Origin: an uncultured Actinomycetes bacterium
GTDB lineage: Bacteria; Actinomycetota; Acidimicrobiia; Spongiisociales; DATADW01
Length of the DNA stretch: 64,000 nt
Direction of reading: 5' to 3'
NCBI GenBank assembly: GCA_963824995.1
Contig: CAWGRK010000008.1
Span: 62,001-126,000 of the forward strand
The notes beneath the pieces were generated by a model. It was given only the letters and a program-made list of their open reading frames with translations. It was not told where the DNA came from and ran no database searches. Each line of letters opens with the position of its first letter. Position 1 is the stretch's first letter. Shown here piece by piece: positions 60,525 through 64,000 of the stretch. The position numbers and the translations under genes are program-made.

Positions 60525-62291
60525 ATGTCATTGCTCGATCGGCTCAGCGAGGAATTCGGTGCGGCATTCGAGAAGCTGGGGCTCGATCGAGGGCTCGGCC
60601 GCGTTGTGCTCTCGCAGCGGCCCGAGCTTGGCCAATTCCAGGTCAACGGGGCCATGGCTGCCGCCGGTCAGGCGGGACGGCCGCCACGCCAGATAGCCGA
60701 GGCTGTAATAGATCAGATCGGGGCAACCAACCGGTTCGCCGCGCTCGAGGTCGCCGGTCCAGGCTTCATCAACGTCACGCTCACCGACGACGTGCTGGCC
60801 GAGCACATCGGCGAACTCGCCGGCGACGACCGGCAGGGGGTGGCGGTGGTTGAGCCCTCCCTGACCGTCGTCATCGACTACGCCGGACCAAACGTGGCCA
60901 AACCGATGCATGTAGGCCACCTCCGGGCGACCATCATCGGCGACAGCTTGCGGCGGCTGTTCGGCTTCGCCGGCCACCGCGTCATCGGCGACCCGCACTT
61001 TGGCGACTGGGGGCTGCAGATGGGCCAGCTCATCGCCGAACTGGCGCACCGCCGTCCGGACCTCGCATACTTTGACGCGGATAGCACCGGCCCCTACCCG
61101 GTAGAGCCACCACTCTCACTCGACGAACTGATCGATCTCTACCCCGAAGCGGTCCGGCGTTGCACGACGGACCCTGAGGCGATGGCGGCAGCGCAGCGCG
61201 CCACGGCCGACCTGCAGCGGGGCCGTCCCGGCTACCTGGCGCTGTGGAGACACTTCGTGACCGTCTCCCGCACCTCGCAGGAATCGGACTTTGAACGCCT
61301 CGGGGTGCGCTTCGACCTCTGGATGGGAGAGAGCGACGTCGAGGCGCGTATCCCCGAGATGTTGGAGCGCGTCCGGGCGAGCGGGGCCGCCGAGCAGTCG
61401 GAGGGGGCACTGATCGTACGGGTGGATCTGCCCGACGATCGGATGGACGTGCCACCGCTGCTATTGGTCACGTCACGGGGGTCGTATCTCTACTCGACAA
61501 CCGACCTGGCCACGATCGATCAGAGAGTCCGGGATCTAGGAGCGGATGCGATTCTCTATGTGGTCGACGCCCGCCAGGCACTCCACTTCGAGCAGGTGTT
61601 TCGCGCTGCCCGCCGCGCCGAGATCGCACCGCAGGCTGTCGATCTGGAGCACATCCCGTTCGGGACGATGAACGGGCCAGATGGGCGGCCCTTCAAGACC
61701 CGGGAAGGTGGTGTCGTCCGGCTGAGTGACCTGATCGAGATGGTCACCACTGCGGCGCTCGAGAGGATCGATGAGGCCGAGATAGGGGCCGGCTACCCGG
61801 AGGAAGAGCGTCGCCGGATCGCCATCGCCGTTGGTCTGGCCGCTCTCAAATTCGGCGACCTGTCCAACCACCGTGCCTCCAACTACGTCTTCGACCTCGA
61901 CCGGTTCGCATCCTTCGAGGGCAAAACGGGGCCATACCTGCTCTACGGAGCGGTGCGGATCAAGTCGATCCTGCGGCGTGCGGAGGAACTCGGAAGGTCA
62001 GCGGGCAAAGTCCTCCCTGCGGTGCACGCCGTCGAACGGCAGTTGATGGTCACCGTGGCGATGTTCCCCGAGGCCGTGGAACGGGCCATCGAGGGGCGGG
62101 CTCCGAATCACGTTGCCGAATATGCCTACGGGCTCGCCACCGACTTCAACCGGTTCTACGACGTCTGCCACATCCTGCGCGAAGAGGACGCTGGACGTCA
62201 GGCGTCGTGGCTCACCCTGGTCACCCTGACTCTTGCGACTCTGGAGCGATCGCTCGAACTGCTCGGGATCGAGGTTCCCGACCGGATGTGA
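60525..62291 (+). CDS. argS: Arginine--tRNA ligase
   Basis: AGPGFIN, PNVAKPMHVGHLR (HIGH), GDWG, FKTREG, GPYLLY, IEVPDRM. Confidence 0.96.
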   Translation: MSLLDRLSEEFGAAFEKLGLDRGLGRVVLSQRPELGQFQVNGAMAAAGQAGRPPRQIAEAVIDQIGATNRFAALEVAGPGFINVTLTDDVLAEHIGELAGDDRQGVAVVEPSLTVVIDYAGPNVAKPMHVGHLRATIIGDSLRRLFGFAGHRVIGDPHFGDWGLQMGQLIAELAHRRPDLAYFDADSTGPYPVEPPLSLDELIDLYPEAVRRCTTDPEAMAAAQRATADLQRGRPGYLALWRHFVTVSRTSQESDFERLGVRFDLWMGESDVEARIPEMLERVRASGAAEQSEGALIVRVDLPDDRMDVPPLLLVTSRGSYLYSTTDLATIDQRVRDLGADAILYVVDARQALHFEQVFRAARRAEIAPQAVDLEHIPFGTMNGPDGRPFKTREGGVVRLSDLIEMVTTAALERIDEAEIGAGYPEEERRRIAIAVGLAALKFGDLSNHRASNYVFDLDRFASFEGKTGPYLLYGAVRIKSILRRAEELGRSAGKVLPAVHAVERQLMVTVAMFPEAVERAIEGRAPNHVAEYAYGLATDFNRFYDVCHILREEDAGRQASWLTLVTLTLATLERSLELLGIEVPDRM

Positions 62292-62298
62292 CGGCGTC

Positions 62299-63102
62299 TC
62301 AGCCGGCGAGAGTGTCGGCGATGAACCCGGCGTAGCCGATGATGCCCTCGCAAGACAGGTGATAGCCGTCGGCCACGAACCAGTCACTGTTGAGCGTCGC
62401 CGCCGTCTGCCAGTCGGCCAACTCGGCTGTGGGCCACCGATCGACCCCCGCCCGGAGTGCCGCATTGACCTCGTCCTCCCATTCGCGGGGGACGCTCACA
62501 TTGACGAACACCACCCGGGGTGTCCCGCTGAGCGAGGCCATAAGGTCGTCAAAGGTCTCGGCGGAAAAGGCGCCGTTGGTCCCGAGGTGCACCACCACGA
62601 CCGGCGCCAGATCGCCCTCGTTGCGCAGCCGATCCACCGCCTCGATCGACGCTTCGAACTGTCGCCCTTCCTCGGCATCGACGGCGATGGCACCGTCGAA
62701 AACCGACTCGAGCGCCGCGGTGGCGGAGAGCATGATCGAATCACCTACACCCGAGACTTCCACTGTCCTCTCCTCGGCCGACGACCCGCTGGTACACGCC
62801 TCGGCCCCAGCGGTGCCCGCCGAGGTCACGGTGGGCGCACCGATATCCACTGAGCCGGCGGTTGGGCTACCCGTGATGACCGCATCGGTCTGTCCGGTCT
62901 CGGCGACGGCCGTCCCCGCTGTCGCCTCCGATGGCCCGGGCGTTGTCGTGCCGGCGGCAAGACCCGGACGCCCGCTGGGACCGAACAACGTGAAGGCGAG
63001 GGCCGCCACCCCCGCCACCAGCGTGATGCTCAGAACGATGATGGCGATGCCACCGGCCGAGCGCCGGGAAGAAGCAGCATGACGTGGAGGCTCGCCTGGC
63101 AC
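62299..63102 (-). CDS. Membrane-anchored SGNH hydrolase (OatA C-terminal-like)
   Basis: GDSIM, HLGTNG, DGYHL. Confidence 0.8.
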   Translation of the reverse strand: MPGEPPRHAASSRRSAGGIAIIVLSITLVAGVAALAFTLFGPSGRPGLAAGTTTPGPSEATAGTAVAETGQTDAVITGSPTAGSVDIGAPTVTSAGTAGAEACTSGSSAEERTVEVSGVGDSIMLSATAALESVFDGAIAVDAEEGRQFEASIEAVDRLRNEGDLAPVVVVHLGTNGAFSAETFDDLMASLSGTPRVVFVNVSVPREWEDEVNAALRAGVDRWPTAELADWQTAATLNSDWFVADGYHLSCEGIIGYAGFIADTLAG

Positions 63103-63169
63103 GGCGCGACGATAAACGGCCCGGAGTGCCGCGATGCGGAGCGGCCGCAGACGGCAGACGAGGACGGCG

Positions 63170-63335
63170 AACCCTCACCGTCCCCCCGCACGGGGGAAGG
63201 GCCCCGCTGCGGAGCAGCGGGTAGGGGGGCTGGCGAATTCCCAACGGTGCTTGCTCTGCGGCTGTCGCACCTCTGGGAGTGAACCACTCCCCCCTCCCCC
63301 GACGCCGACGGGTACTCCCCCGCCGGAGGGAGTGG
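63170..63335 (+). repeat. Intergenic palindromic repeat family, copy 5
   Basis: Aligns with 60319-60480. Confidence 0.85.
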
Positions 63336-63344
63336 ATCGTTGCT

Positions 63345-64000
63345 CTACCGGTTCATTGCCTCGGCGATGAGGTTGGCGTAGGCGGCGGCTCCTTCGGAGC
63401 CGACGTGGATGCCGTCCCAGAACCATTCGGGATGGTCGTTGCCGAGCGTGTGCCAATCGGCCAGAACGGCGTTGGACCAGCGCGGGACCGCCTCGGCGAT
63501 CATCTTGTTGACCGAGGTCTCCCAACCGCGGGGCACGTGGGTGTTGAGCACGACCACACGGGGTGCCTTGGAGGCGACGGATAGCAGCTCGTCGAGTTGG
63601 TCCGCAGTGAAAGGGCCATTGGTTCCCATGTGTATCACGAGCACATCGCCGAGCCGATCATCTGCCGCCAGCCCGCGCAGGATCTCGATGGCGGTGGTGA
63701 GCTGTCGACTCACCTGGGCATCCACCATGGTCTCGGGTCCGAACCGGGACTCCAAGGCGGGTTTGGCCCCCAGCATGACCGAATCGCCTATGGCGACCAC
63801 CTTGGGCATCGGAGTGGCCGTGGTCGTCGTGGCCCTCGCCGAGGCGGCCGCCACAGGCGAGCGGCGGACCCGGCCGTCGGCCGAGCCGCTCCAGGCACCG
63901 ACATCGACCCGTCCTGCAACAACCGTCGACCGGTTGACCGCCAACACCGCACTCCCCCCCTTGGGGACCGCTGAGGCCGAGACGGTGGCACCACGCGCAG
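63345..64000 (-). CDS. SGNH domain protein, probably the C-terminus of an OatA-like acyltransferase (5' end may lie outside the window)
   Basis: GDSVM, HMGTNG, DGIHV; Thr/Pro linker upstream. Confidence 0.75.
   Translation of the reverse strand, partial: ARGATVSASAVPKGGSAVLAVNRSTVVAGRVDVGAWSGSADGRVRRSPVAAASARATTTTATPMPKVVAIGDSVMLGAKPALESRFGPETMVDAQVSRQLTTAIEILRGLAADDRLGDVLVIHMGTNGPFTADQLDELLSVASKAPRVVVLNTHVPRGWETSVNKMIAEAVPRWSNAVLADWHTLGNDHPEWFWDGIHVGSEGAAAYANLIAEAMNR

Overview
High-GC window, most likely from an Actinomycetota genome (possibly Acidimicrobiia-like; inferred from the F420-type nitroreductase, DUF664, SAM-I/IV-type riboswitch and LAL regulators). It holds about 60 mostly ordinary genes: MMPL/TetR, ECF sigma, modABC, metE/metF-like under a SAM riboswitch, thiamine ABC under a TPP riboswitch, ssu-like ABC, Leu dehydrogenase plus fused E1, argS, and tRNA-Lys, -Asp and -Phe. 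The main unexplained structure is at 20015-27717. Three 5'-half copies of tRNA-Lys(UUU), each ending at the anticodon loop, are fused to the same ~130-190 nt non-coding arm and precede the intact tRNA-Lys. They delimit three integrase-free cargo cassettes (4.7, 1.9 and 1.1 kb) with symmetric att-like junctions, which suggests a tRNA-anchored, integron-like cassette array. Other notable items: an endonuclease IV-LigD/Prim-Pol polymerase fusion (566-2392), a five-copy intergenic palindromic repeat family, an AT-richer aminoglycoside nucleotidyltransferase-like gene, and about 11 single frameshifts that look like assembly indels. All family calls are from motif recognition by eye; no database search was run.
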